Origin: the human T2T-CHM13v2.0 reference genome, Homo sapiens
Assembly: GCF_009914755.1 (NCBI RefSeq)
Contig: NC_060944.1
DNA: 64,000 bases
Direction: 5' to 3' (one strand)
Below, one piece after another: positions 14,014 to 25,532 of the stretch. The position numbers were made by a program, and so were the translations under genes. The notes beneath the pieces were generated by a model that was not told where the DNA came from, ran no database searches, and worked only from the letters and a program-made list of their open reading frames with translations. Each line of letters starts with the position of its first letter. The first letter of the stretch is position 1.

Positions 14014-14769
14014 TGATACGGATAGGAGTCAGGGAAATACTGGGTAGAAGAGGGTTCCCTGGCAAAACCCCCACCCTCAAGCCTGGAAACCCACAGCCCT
14101 AAATGGGAACAGGCATTCCTCTTTTCATGCCCAAATGTGGCCTTTTGGCTCACCACACTCCCCTATCCTGTACCCATATAAAACCCAAACCCCGGGCTCC
14201 ACAAGCAGACAAACAGAAGAGAAGAAGAGTAACAGAATGGCATGGCAGAGGAGAGAAGAGAAGGAGCATCCAAACATCAAGAGGAGTTCAGCTGGGGATG
14301 TTCAGAGAGGAAACCGGCTGCTGGATGACCAAAATCCAGGGGAAGGTCATCTTCCCACTCCATCCCCTTTCCACCTCCCCATCCAACCTGCTGAGAGCCA
14401 CCTCCACCATACAATAAGACCCCCACATTTACCATCCTTCAAGTCCATGTGTGAACTGATTCTTCCTGGACACTGGACAAGAACCCAGGTACTAAGAGGA
14501 CACTGAATTGGTTAACACTTAAGCCGTCTGCAGATGGCAGAGCTAAAAGAGCACTGTAGCATGCCCACTGAGGTTTTGGGAGTTGCAGACACCCACCCCT
14601 GGATGCTGCTGTGGGGCCAGAGCCCAAAAGTGCTAGCCCGAGCTCCTGCACCTGCCTGTCTGTGAGCTCCCCCTCCCGTAAGGGGTTTGAATGTGCACAG
14701 TGGCTGAACGGATGAGTCACACCCCTGTTGTGTGTCCTGCAAGGGGGGTCAGGGAACCCTCTTGTTTCA
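14014..14769 (+). mobile_element. ERV1 solo LTR (MER50-like)
   Basis: TG...CA ends (tgatacggataggagtcagggaaatactgggtagaagaggg ... gggaaccctcttgtttca), 756 bp. Near-match 4-bp TSD ACAG/GCAG. TATA-like catataaaa near 14177. Confidence 0.8.
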
Positions 14770-15302
14770 GCAGGTTGGTCAGATGGCTGATGTGGAGGGT
14801 GGATCTTGGAGAAAGGACCAGGGGAAGCCAGCAGGTGATGGATGCAGGAGTCCTGAGAATTTGAGATCCCAACCAGGGCAAAGGTAGGAGGGCAGAGGTC
14901 AGTGCAGACAGATTTGCCACAGTAGCTGTCAAACATGGTGGCACAAGAGACTCCTCTGGGCTCCATTTATAAATATTTCCTGGCCCCACCCCTGAAGTTT
15001 CTGATTCAGTAGCTTTTAGAAGAATTTGGATCTGCCTGTCTTTTAAGCCTCCAGAGCTTTGAAAGCTCAGTCAGATTTGAAAGCCATTGATTTAGAAAGT
15101 AAAATCCATCCCTCCTCTTCTCCCCCATTCTTTTCTTTCTGTAACAGTCTATTTGGCACCTACTGCATGGCAATACTTTACTGAGGTTAAGAAGTACCAT
15201 GGGAGTTAAAGAATACACAAAAAGGGAAGGTCTTTCATCCTTTTAAGTGTTTCTCAAACTTAAAAACTTGTTAGCCTGCAAACCTGTAAAACTTATAAAA
15301 TC

Positions 15303-16113
15303 TGTCTTAGTTTGGGCTGCTATAACAAATTACCACAGACTGGGTAACTTATAAACAACAGCAATTTATTGCTCACAATTGAGGTTGGGAAATCCACGAT
15401 CAAGGTGCCTGCAGATTCAGTGTCTAGTGAGGTTTTGTTCTTCATCGATGGCGCCTTCTAGCTGTGTCTTAACGTGGCAGAAGGGGTGAACAAGCTCCCT
15501 CCAGCATCTTTCATAAGAGCACTAATCCCATTAATAAGGGCAGACTCCTCCCAAACATCCAAGCATTTTATCATCTCCCAAAGGTCCCACCTCTTAATAC
15601 CACTGTCAGGCCTCTGAGCCCAGGCCAGGCCATCGCATCCCCTGTGACTTGCACGTATACATCCAGATGGCCTGAAGTAACTGAAGATCCACAAAAGAAG
15701 TAAAAACAGCCTTAACTGATGACATTCCACCATTGTGATTTGTTCCTGCCCCACCCTAACTGATCAATGTACTTTATAATCTCCCCCACCCTTAAGAAGG
15801 TTCTTTGTAATTCTCCCCAGCCTTGAGAATGTACTTTGTGAGATCCACTCCTGCCCACGAGAGAACAACCCCCTTTGACTGTAATTTTCCATTACCTTCC
15901 CAAATCCTATAAAATGGCCCCACCCCTATCTCCCTTCTCTGACTCTCTTTTGGGACTCAGCCCGCCTGCACCCAGGTGAAATAAACAGCCATGTTGCTCA
16001 CACAAAGCCTGTTTGGTGGTCTCCTCACACGGACGCACATGAAAACCACTACATTGGGAATTAGGTTTTATCATAAGAATTTTGGGGAAACACCAACATT
16101 CAGACTATGGCCA
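15303..16113 (-). mobile_element. MLT1A/MST-type MaLR LTR split by an LTR7 insertion
   Basis: tgtcttagtttgggctgctataacaaattaccacagactgggtaacttataaacaac at 15303. The element resumes after 16049 with acattgggaattaggtttt...aacattcagactat. Confidence 0.85.
15604..16044 (+). mobile_element. HERV-H solo LTR (LTR7 family, most like LTR7Y)
   Basis: Starts tgtcaggcctctgagccc...catccagatggcctgaagtaactgaaga and ends cacacggacgcacatgaaa. TATAAAA at 15908-15914 and AATAAA at 15980-15985. Perfect 5-bp TSD ACCAC at 15599-15603 and 16045-16049. Confidence 0.93.
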
Positions 16114-16974
16114 CCCCCAGGCATAAATGTGTGGACACCTCATGCCAAAGGGTTCCATAGATTACAGTTGGAGAAATGCTACCTTGACCATACTACCACT
16201 TACAGTCACTGGGTTCACCCATCAACATTGAGGTTATAGAAGCAGTCATCCTGGTGGCCCAGGTTAGGTTTCTTTTCATTTTTCTTTTTAAATAATTATT
16301 AATTTGAAAGTGAGAAACTTCATGAACTGCCATGGTTCTTGTTTACAGACAGCCCTGTCCATTTTGACATTTCTGTGCAGATGTAAGAGACGAAATTCTT
16401 TTTTCAAAATTGACTTGGTATGGGAAACTTTTTTCCAGTAATGAAAAATATTAGCCCAATTTGCCTTTTGCAATTTTCCTTTGATGTTGACACACCAGAC
16501 AGTGCCTATTTGTGTCAGAGCCCTCCCAAAGCCATCAGGTCAAGCATGCCACTCAGCTTCACAGGAGGGGAAGCATGGGCTCTGAATATGTCTACTCAGT
16601 TGCAGGAATGTTCAGGTTGAATGGAATTTGCAAATACAATCATGACGATGAAGTCACCTCCATGGTGGGCATGAAACTCAACTCATCCCATTTGTTTTTT
16701 CCCACTCATTTCCCTACACAAGCCTTGTTCATCCAATACTGACAGGGCACCCCTCCTCAAGGATTTGGCAATTCAAGCTTGGGGGACACCATGTAGACTA
16801 CATGGATTCCAAGCCAAGGCTAGATCCAGACCTCAGTCACCCTCTTCATTCCAAAACTGCGCCTTTACTCCTCCCCACCCTACATCTGCAAGCTTATGGC
16901 CACCCTAATCAAGTGGATTGATCATGATTGGGAAATTCAGGTTAATTTCACCATCATTTATTGAGTGCCTTTGG

Positions 16975-17180
16975 AAAAGGCACTGTGGCTAACTAGTTAA
17001 GTGGGCAAGCTTTGTATTCACACTTAGTAGGAATCTAGGTTTTGTTTAGTAGTCAGGTCATCTCAGGCAAGTAACTTCCTTCTTCTAAGGCTCAGTATTA
17101 AATGGGGATAGTGATCCTTACCTTGAAGGGCTGAGACAAAATGCATGATGATAAGCACTCTCAGTGATACATGGTAAAGA
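16975..17180 (+). mobile_element. MIR
   Basis: ggcaagtaacttc...ctcagt...taaaatggggatagtgat...atgcatg...agcact core. Confidence 0.65.
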
Positions 17181-18279
17181 TAATGGGGTCTCCATGGGAT
17201 TCGAGCAGGAAATAGACAGATAATTCAAGGAGAGTTGACTAAAGGCACTATTTACAACCCTGTGAGCCGGTTGAGAGAATCGGGGCAGAGGTATCGTGGA
17301 GGAGTGAACTAAGTAAGCGAGAGTGGGAGGGGTGGAGGAGGGAGCAGGTCCTAGAACCTGAAAGGTCACCTTGGGAGGAGCTGTGACCTTTCTGGAGGGG
17401 AGAAAGCTGCAGCAGTCAACACCCCTCCCTTGGTCTCCTCCCTCTCTCCTCATCCCCTGCAAGGCGCTCTTTCAGATGAACAGAAGGCAAGGTAACACAG
17501 TGATGTCTGAGACTCAATCTCCTGTGCCAGGGCACAGGCAGAGAAAGGTGGAGGGAAGACATGAAGGAAGGAAGGGCAGGTAGCAGCACCACTGCCATTC
17601 ATGGATGACCTATCCTATGCCAGGAAGTCTAAGAATTCTGAGCCAAGTTGTAGACAGATGTAGAAATCCACAATCACAGTATGGGGGAATAAATTCTATT
17701 ATAAACTAACAAGTAGGAAGCCCTCATCCAGGTGCCGAGGGTCAAAATATGCCCCAAAGAACCCTTGAGCAGGGTGCTGAGGATGCAAGAAAGGAGGAAG
17801 AGGGAAAAGATAGCAAGGGGAGTGTAGTGTGGCTGTAATGTAAAGTCTGTGCATTTGGGAGTGGGGATGGAAAAGCAGGAGAGGGAACTGGGCAAGCCCG
17901 CAAGGGCTGAGTCACTCATGGAGGAAACTGTTGGCCAAGTTAAAGAGGAGGTTAGGTTTTATCCTCAGAGCTGTTGGGATTTATAAGGATTTTAAATGGT
18001 ACAGTGTCTGTATAATCTGTATTTTAGCAAAATGATTTTGGTCTCTTCAGGGAGGGAAGTGTTGGTTTCTCTGATTCTAACCCATGAGCAAGGTCCCCAC
18101 GGTCCACGGTCCAGGGTCCACGGTCCACAGATATAACTGGGCAAGGGGAGGAATTTCACAGCAGGGTGAGGAAATCCTGACGTAGCAAGAGCATGGTTCA
18201 GGGAAAGACTGGTTCCAAAACTGAGGCTCCAGTAAATGTTCCTGGCATGATGGAAAATGCTTGGCCTGCAGACAACTCA

Positions 18280-18412
18280 GTACTGTACATGCTGAACTTC
18301 AACGTGCACAGTGACAACCTGGGGATCTTGTAACAGTGCAGACCCTGACTCAGAAGACCTGGGGTGGGGACAGAGATAGCACTTTCCTAAAAAGCTCCCA
18401 GGGGATGCTGAT
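18280..18412. mobile_element. MER5A-like hAT-Charlie fragment
   Basis: acctggggatcttgtaacagtgcagaccctgactcag...aagctcccaggggatgctgat. Similar copies lie near 31205-31350 and 32950-33080. Confidence 0.65.
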
Positions 18413-20340
18413 AACAGAAGAACACAGAGAGGTTCAGCTTGAGAGGCCCAACTGCTTCAACCTCTTCTTCTGCAGGTAGGCTAACAGAGGCTGTGGAAGG
18501 GCATGGCTGGTGATGTATCATAAAGTTGGTGGCAGGAACTGTAGAAACCTGGCTGCGAGTCCTTCAATTCAGAGTTCCCATGGGGCTTCCAGGACCCTCT
18601 GGGAGATGACTGGGGACCAGGCAATCTACTTGCTATTGAAGGGCAAAGGGGAAAGGGAGTGAACAGGAATTGATGAGGCAAGAGTGTCTCCAGCACGTCC
18701 TTGGAGAGTGCAAATGGATCTGCCAACATGCATGATACGCTTTTCACACATCAGCCTGCTCTGAGAGTATCATGAAAGCTGACATAAATCTCTGGTGGGC
18801 TGCCAAAGGCCTTCTTCCCAGACATGATGACTGGCATAAAAACTCAACACAATACTTAAAACACACACTCACACAGGTGAGATCTATGTGCAGTGCAATT
18901 TGGCAATATGTAGCAAGAGTTACAAAAGTATTCATTCCATTCAACCCAGTAATTTCATGTTCGTGTGTGCGGTGGGGGTGGGAGTGTCTAATACACAAAT
19001 ACTCTAAACAGAGGAGGAAGAAAACGAACTTTGACATTGAATGGATACTGGACAGCTAGGACTACAATACATTTTGAATTCTTATAATATTCCTGAATTG
19101 TAGGCTTAATATTGCTTCTCCTACACACAATTTTATTAAACCAATAAGATCATTCAATTTCAGAGGTTAATTTGCCCAAAAGTCAGCCACCTAGGCAACG
19201 TTAGATCTAGGATTTGAATCCAGGTCAACCAGATCTGAAGGTCATGTTCTTTCCACCATGATGCAATGCCACCATAAACATGAAGTTTATCATAGTGTTA
19301 TCAAATATATAAAAAATAAAGGGATGGATAAGAAAATTACGGTATATACACTAATGGACAATTATGCCATCATTAAAAAAGATGAACTATTTCCATGGTT
19401 CTATAAAGGCATCATGATTGTGATTAAACAGTTAATGAAAAATTACAATAGCAAATTTTATGTAATTATAGTTAGGTAAAAGATGTGTGCATATTAACAA
19501 AGATAAAATACAAGGCAAAATTAGCACTGTGGTAGAAGAGATTATAGGTGATCTTTTTCTCTGATATCCAAACATTCTATAATATTGTTATAAAAATTGG
19601 CCAAGAAAGGCTAAGATAACAGAATGCATTTGTTGGTGGGGAGAGCAGAGAGCCTATTGTACATACAAGATCCTTAACGGGATTTCCTACAAAATCTTGA
19701 GACCTCTGCACCTGGCCTTATCTTCCTGTGGTTCTGCCCTTCAGTCATGAAGACTCTCTAGATGACTTGCTCTAACATAGACTCTCTCACCTCTGGCATC
19801 ATTTTCAGGAAGGCTTCTATAGCTCTGGTCTCTTTATCCAAGTGGTAACACAGGTAAGCATCATCAAAAAGAACTGCCTCTCACAACAGCAGATAGAACA
19901 TTTATACAGTAGGTGGGAACGGACACACAGGGCCTTTAGGCATTGCAACTGACAGCATGGCTGCTGCTGGGAGTGAAGGGCTAGTCTTCAGGGGCATGGC
20001 TCATAGGATGAGGAGAGAGTAGAACTAACTCTATCTTGTTAAGAGACAAAACAGCTATGAGAGAAGGGAGACGCCCAAGCCATCCTCAGTTCCCACCTTC
20101 CCCATGTCTTCCTAGATAATCGCAGTCTAAGCCTCACTTAGGACTTGATACCCAGGAGCCTATGGCACCAGTGTGCCTAACATAGCCCTTCCTGGGAGGC
20201 TGCTGAATCAAACCTGCTTGCAAGAGTCTTGACACATTCTCTGCACCTCCACACACAGGCTAGGGTCTTGCTGTCACTAGGCTGATCCTCAGAGACCTGA
20301 GACCACTGCTTGTTTTCACTTCCAATATCTTTGGTACTTT

Positions 20341-20965
20341 TGTAAACTAAACGTAAAATCCTAAGCTCCCAACCAACTGAACGGATGCCTTCTTGGCCAA
20401 GGGGACCCCAGAGAAACCTGAAAACCGGAATTCTTGGCCATGGGGGAAAGGAAATCACACATTACTACATTCCCTCCCTTTTGGATTTTAGGCACAATTG
20501 ACCAGCATTAATTTTAAAACAGACTCTTTGTGGCAATACAAAACCAAATTATGAACAAGGCCTAAAGTCATGCAAAGCAAGGGTTAAGTCACAGCTGCAG
20601 GCCATCAATCCAGCTACATAGCATCTTTATCTTAACTGAAAACATTCCTTTCTGCTGATTCCAAGTTTTAGACAGAGCCTTACTCCTTTAACCAATTACA
20701 AATTTAAAAATCTCTGAATCCACCTATAACATATAAGCCCTCACTTCAGGATATCTCGTCATTTGGGGCCAAACTAATATATACCTTCCATGCACTGATT
20801 TATGTCTTTGCCTGTAAATCTTGCCACCCTAAAACTATAATCCGACTATCTTGGGCACACTTTCTCAGGATCTCTTGAGACTGTTTTCCCAGGCCATGAT
20901 CACTCATACTGGCTCAGAATAAACCTTTTTAAAAGATTTTGCAAAGTTTGGCTTTTCTGTTAACA
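20341..20965 (+). mobile_element. ERV1 solo LTR, MER4 family (MER4B/D/E-like)
   Basis: tgtaaactaaacgtaaaatcctaagc...ggccaaggggaccccagagaaacc at the start; tggctcagaataaacc...gttaaca at the end. Perfect 4-bp TSD CTTT at 20337-20340 and 20966-20969. Confidence 0.88.
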
Positions 20966-22625
20966 CTTTTGACTCACCATGTTGAGTTCAGTCATGAGAT
21001 GGGTGGGACTCTGACACGGACATGTCTGGACTTTGCTTTAATCTACTGGCAAATGGAAACCCAGCTGCCGATGGGGGATACAGTGTGTGGGAAGTTTCCC
21101 CAGAACCTCACACCATCTGCTTTATCTTCTTGTTGGCCCATAATGCTGACGTCCCTGCAGATACTGCAACACAGTCCACTAGGATTACAACTGTTGTGAA
21201 AAGGATTGGAAACTGCAACATGCTTATACTGCAGAAAAAAAAAGAAATCCAGAAATTACCTAATTACCATAAAGACAGATTCTGTAGGATGAACCAATGA
21301 GTGAGGGCAGAGCTTCACCTATCCCCCTATCAACCTTCTGAGAAGAGGCCAGAGACAGCAGGCAGGGTATACCTTGCAGGCTAACCCCATTCTGTTGGAA
21401 ATGACCAGCTGCAGTGCTGTGCCATGATGAAAGGGATTCTGAGGCCATGTTGGAGTGCAGTGGAAGAGCATGCCCTGATTGATTATTGATGTCCATCATG
21501 GGAATGGTATTAGGGAGGAGTCAGGGCACACACTTGCCCTATATTCATCTCCCTCTGCTAGGAAATAAGCAAACTGAAATTCAAGTTTTAAAACAAGGAG
21601 GAAAACAGGACCACCACTTCTAACCTCGAGTTTATGGATCCCATCCAAATGTGTATGTATTGTTTGACTCTCCTCCATTAGATCCATGTCTACTGAACAT
21701 AGTGAGCTATTATTTAGACCACAGTTCTACAATCAATGGAACGCATGTGAATGCCACTGCCTGCTACTGAAAAATCTATTGAGAGGGAAAAGGAAAGCAG
21801 AAATTCAAACTCTCCTAACCAGCTGCTTAAAAAGATCCAGTTCACTCTTATCATACCCCCAAAATTATATCTAACATTCTAGTAAGATCAATCAACACAT
21901 CCCGAATAAAGTGATTTGAAAGTAAATATGGTCCATATGTTCAGGGAATGGAGAGCCATTAAATGGAATACATAGATTACACAGAAATGAGAATATGTTG
22001 GGCATAGTGAAAATTAAAAAAAAAAAGTCACCATAACCACGTCAAAGCTGTTGCAAATGCACAAGAACTAGAAAGAAAATAAACCCACATGAAGATGGCT
22101 AGTGTGTTATTTCCACTCCCTATTTTTCTAACACTATATACTATTGTTATATTGTCACTAACATTTAATGAAAACTAAATTATTTAAAAAATCAAGCCAT
22201 CATAGCGATGTCGATATTTGAATATCTCTTACGCCTGTTGCCTTAACCTTGACTCAAGTTTGGAATGCATTTTTATTTATTAAACAAATATTTATTGAAC
22301 CCTATTTTGTGCCAGGATCTGTTCTAGGCACCGGGGATATACCTGTGAATACAGATCTTTAACCTTAACAAGTTTATACTTTAGCAAATTAATTCTATGA
22401 GTTAAGTATAAACTCACTGGTCACTGGAACCTCATATAGTCTATTAGAGATTATTATAAGACTTGGGACATAATCTTATGATTTTGGATGGTCCTATAAG
22501 GTCATATATATGGACTAATGGATGCTAAGAGATACTTCTGTTACTCTACCTACGCCTTCAAAGGGATCTCATCTTCATAAGAAAAGCCCATCCCATCTTC
22601 ATAAGAAAAAAAAAAAAAAAAAAGA

Positions 22626-22999
22626 GGCCAGGCACCGCGGCTCATGCCTGTAATCCCAGCACTTTGGGAGGCTGAGGCATGTGGATCACTTGAGGTCAGG
22701 AGTCCGAGATCAGCCTGGCCAACAAGGTGAAACCCCGTCTCTATTAAAAATTAAAAAAAAAAATAGCCAAGCATGGTGGCATGTGCATGTAATTCCAGCT
22801 ACTCAGGAGGCTGAGGCATAAGAATCTCTTGAACCTAGGATGTGGAGGTTGCAGTAAGTTGAGATTGCATCACTGCACTCTAGCCTGGGTGACAGAGTGA
22901 GAATCCATCTCAAAGGAAAAAACAAAAAACAAAAAACAAAAACAACAAAAAAAAGAGAAAATTTTAAAAAGAAAAGAAAACAAAAAGAAAAGAAAAAAA
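22626..22999 (+). mobile_element. AluS with long A-rich tail
   Basis: Full dimeric Alu from ggccaggc. Degenerate A-rich tail from 22912 to about 22999. Confidence 0.93.
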
Positions 23000-23569
23000 G
23001 CACCACCAAATTTGAGACCCTATTGTGTTCCAGGTACTAGGTAAGGTACTGAGTTCTTTCCAGAGATGAGCTATGTATATATATAGGAGTGTGTGTGTGT
23101 GTATTTATATGCACATACTTGCTTGTACATGTGTATCCCTATATTGTGAGTCCCTTTGTTTATAAATGTGTGTATCCCTTGGCACTTACAATATAAGGCT
23201 AGACATTTATAAAGAAATAAAAAATAATTGTGAACTGTGGTCCATGTTATCCAAAAATGGGAAGCAATGGTAGAGACAGTGGTGAGTGGGCAAAGCCCTA
23301 CCTGAAGGCTATTAGGCAGGGCCCTTCTGAGGTGGTAGCATTCACATCAATACCTGTAGTAGGAGAATGAGTTGGCCATGGAAGAGGAAGTGAAAGAGCT
23401 TTCTGGCAATAGGAACTCTGCGTGCAATAAGCCTGAGACAGGGGCCCCTAGCATGCTGGAGCACAGTAAAAGAAGGCCAGTGAGACCAGAGGGAAAAAGA
23501 GAATGGGAGGTGCAAGTCTTTCAGACCTAAGGTAGCAGTTTGGATTTTATGTGAAATGCAATAGCTCTA

Positions 23570-25150
23570 AAAGTAAGGTAATAAAACTATGAGAGATATT
23601 AAAGAAAACCTAAATAAATATACAGAGATTGAATATCATAAAATGTCAATTACCCACATATTGTTCTATACATTCAAGGCAATTCTAATAAAAACAACAG
23701 ATGTTTTCATTAAACTTGATAAGTAGATACTAAAATGAAAGAGCCAAGGGCAAGAATAACCAAGATATTGCTGAACAAGTATGAGGAGGAGGAATCTTCT
23801 CTACCAGAGATCAGGACACTGTGAAGCTGTAATAAATATGACTATGCATGGTTACAGTGCATGGAGGCCAGTGGAATAGAGAGCTCAGAAAAAAATTCAT
23901 GCATATAAGAAATTTTGGCATAAGTCAGATATGGCCTGGTAGAGCAGGGAAGGAGAGACTGTAAAAAGGACTTGGATAAAGTGTTTATCAATGTAATAAA
24001 AAAATAAAATTTTCACTCCATCTCTCACCCTATGCAAAAATTAATTGCAGATAGATCAAAAACTTAAATTTCAGGAGCAAAACTATGCAACTTTTAGCAG
24101 AAATATAGGCAATCATCTTTCTCACCTTGGTTTAGGGAAGAATTTCTTAAGGACACAAAATGTGTTAACTATATAAACAAAGTGATAAAATTGGCTATAA
24201 TTAAGGACTTTTGTTTTTCAAAGATACCTTAGAAGAAGTAAAAACAGCAAATTACATTTGTAACTGGCAAAATATTATCAAAAGTATATTATAAAACTAT
24301 TACATATCAATAAAGAAAAGAGCATATAACCCAGTAGAAAAGTAGGCAAAAGACATGAACAGATATCCCACAGAAAATGAAATACAATATTCTACCTCAT
24401 TAATAATAGAGGGAATACAAAGCAAGACAACAAGATACCATTTTATATTTATTTAGTCAAAATGAAGAATCTTGACAACACCAAATGTTGGAGAGGGTTT
24501 GAAATCATAGGCACTCATAATTTGCTGGCATGAGTGTAAATTAGTGCAACCAGTTTGGGAAAGAGTTTGGAGTATTTTTGTAAAACTTAACATTCATTTA
24601 CCATCTGACCTAGTTTCTAGATAGAAATTCAGGAGAAAATCTTGCACATATACAGGAGAAGGTAGGCACAAGGATGCTCATTTCATCACTGCTGATAAAG
24701 GCAACATTCTGAAAGCAACCCCAATGTTTATGAAAGGATCATGAGTGAAAGTTTTGTAGTATCTTCGTGCAGTGGAGTAGTAGACAGCAGTCAAGATGAA
24801 TGGACTACAGCTGCACTCATCCATGGGGATGAACATTTGCAATACAATATGGAATAAAAACGTCCCAAAAGCTTATACACAACTTAAAATCCTTTATTAA
24901 AAGTTAAAACACTAAAAAACAATATGCTTATAAGGAATTCACACAAGTAGCAAAACTATATAAAATATACAGGAATTATATACAAGATTTAGAAGAGTGG
25001 AGGGGTCAGGAAGATGGGATGGGGAGACGTAAGTGAGTAGAAACAGATGTGCTTATGTAGATCATAAGTAAATGTTAGGTGTTGTCAGCATTCTGGTTGT
25101 CTTTTAGTTGGTGTGTTACTGAAAAATTAATGAGTAAATAAAAAGAAAAG
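23570..25150 (+). mobile_element. Old L1M (L1MC/ME) ORF2 3' part and 3' UTR relic
   Basis: aaagaaaacctaaataaat, aaacttgataagtagatactaaaat, tgacaacaccaaatgttggagag and gtgtaaattagtgcaacc remnants. Confidence 0.75.
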
Positions 25151-25496
25151 AGACCCATGCACAGACCAATACAGAAACAGTTTCATGAAACTAGGAGTGA
25201 GATTAATCTCATTTTGGGCACCCAAGTGATAGTTCATAGCAGAAAGAGCTTTTTGAATCTCCCTGGTCCAAGCCTCCTAAGCCACAAATGTGGAAACTGA
25301 GGCCCAGGTTGGGAAAGAAGCCAACTAGTTCAAGTACACTCTGCAATGACTAACCAAAGGTCAATCTTAAATTTACTGTTTGCACAACCCACTATTTGAC
25401 GTGCAGCGATACACACGTTAAAAACGTGCATAAAATAAAACAGAACAAGAAAGCAGTGAACTTTCTTTAGGCCATCTTGAAGGACCCTGGAGACAT

Positions 25497-25532
25497 GGTA
25501 TGTATGTATGTATGTACGTATGTATGTATGTA
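25497..25532. repeat. (TATG)n microsatellite
   Basis: Directly visible, with one TACG variant unit. Confidence 0.9.

Noticed and set aside
14103-14989. Several 76-175 aa ORFs on both strands
   Set aside because: They fall in or across the MER50-like LTR, have no gag/pol/env motifs, and are chance ORFs in GC-richer DNA.
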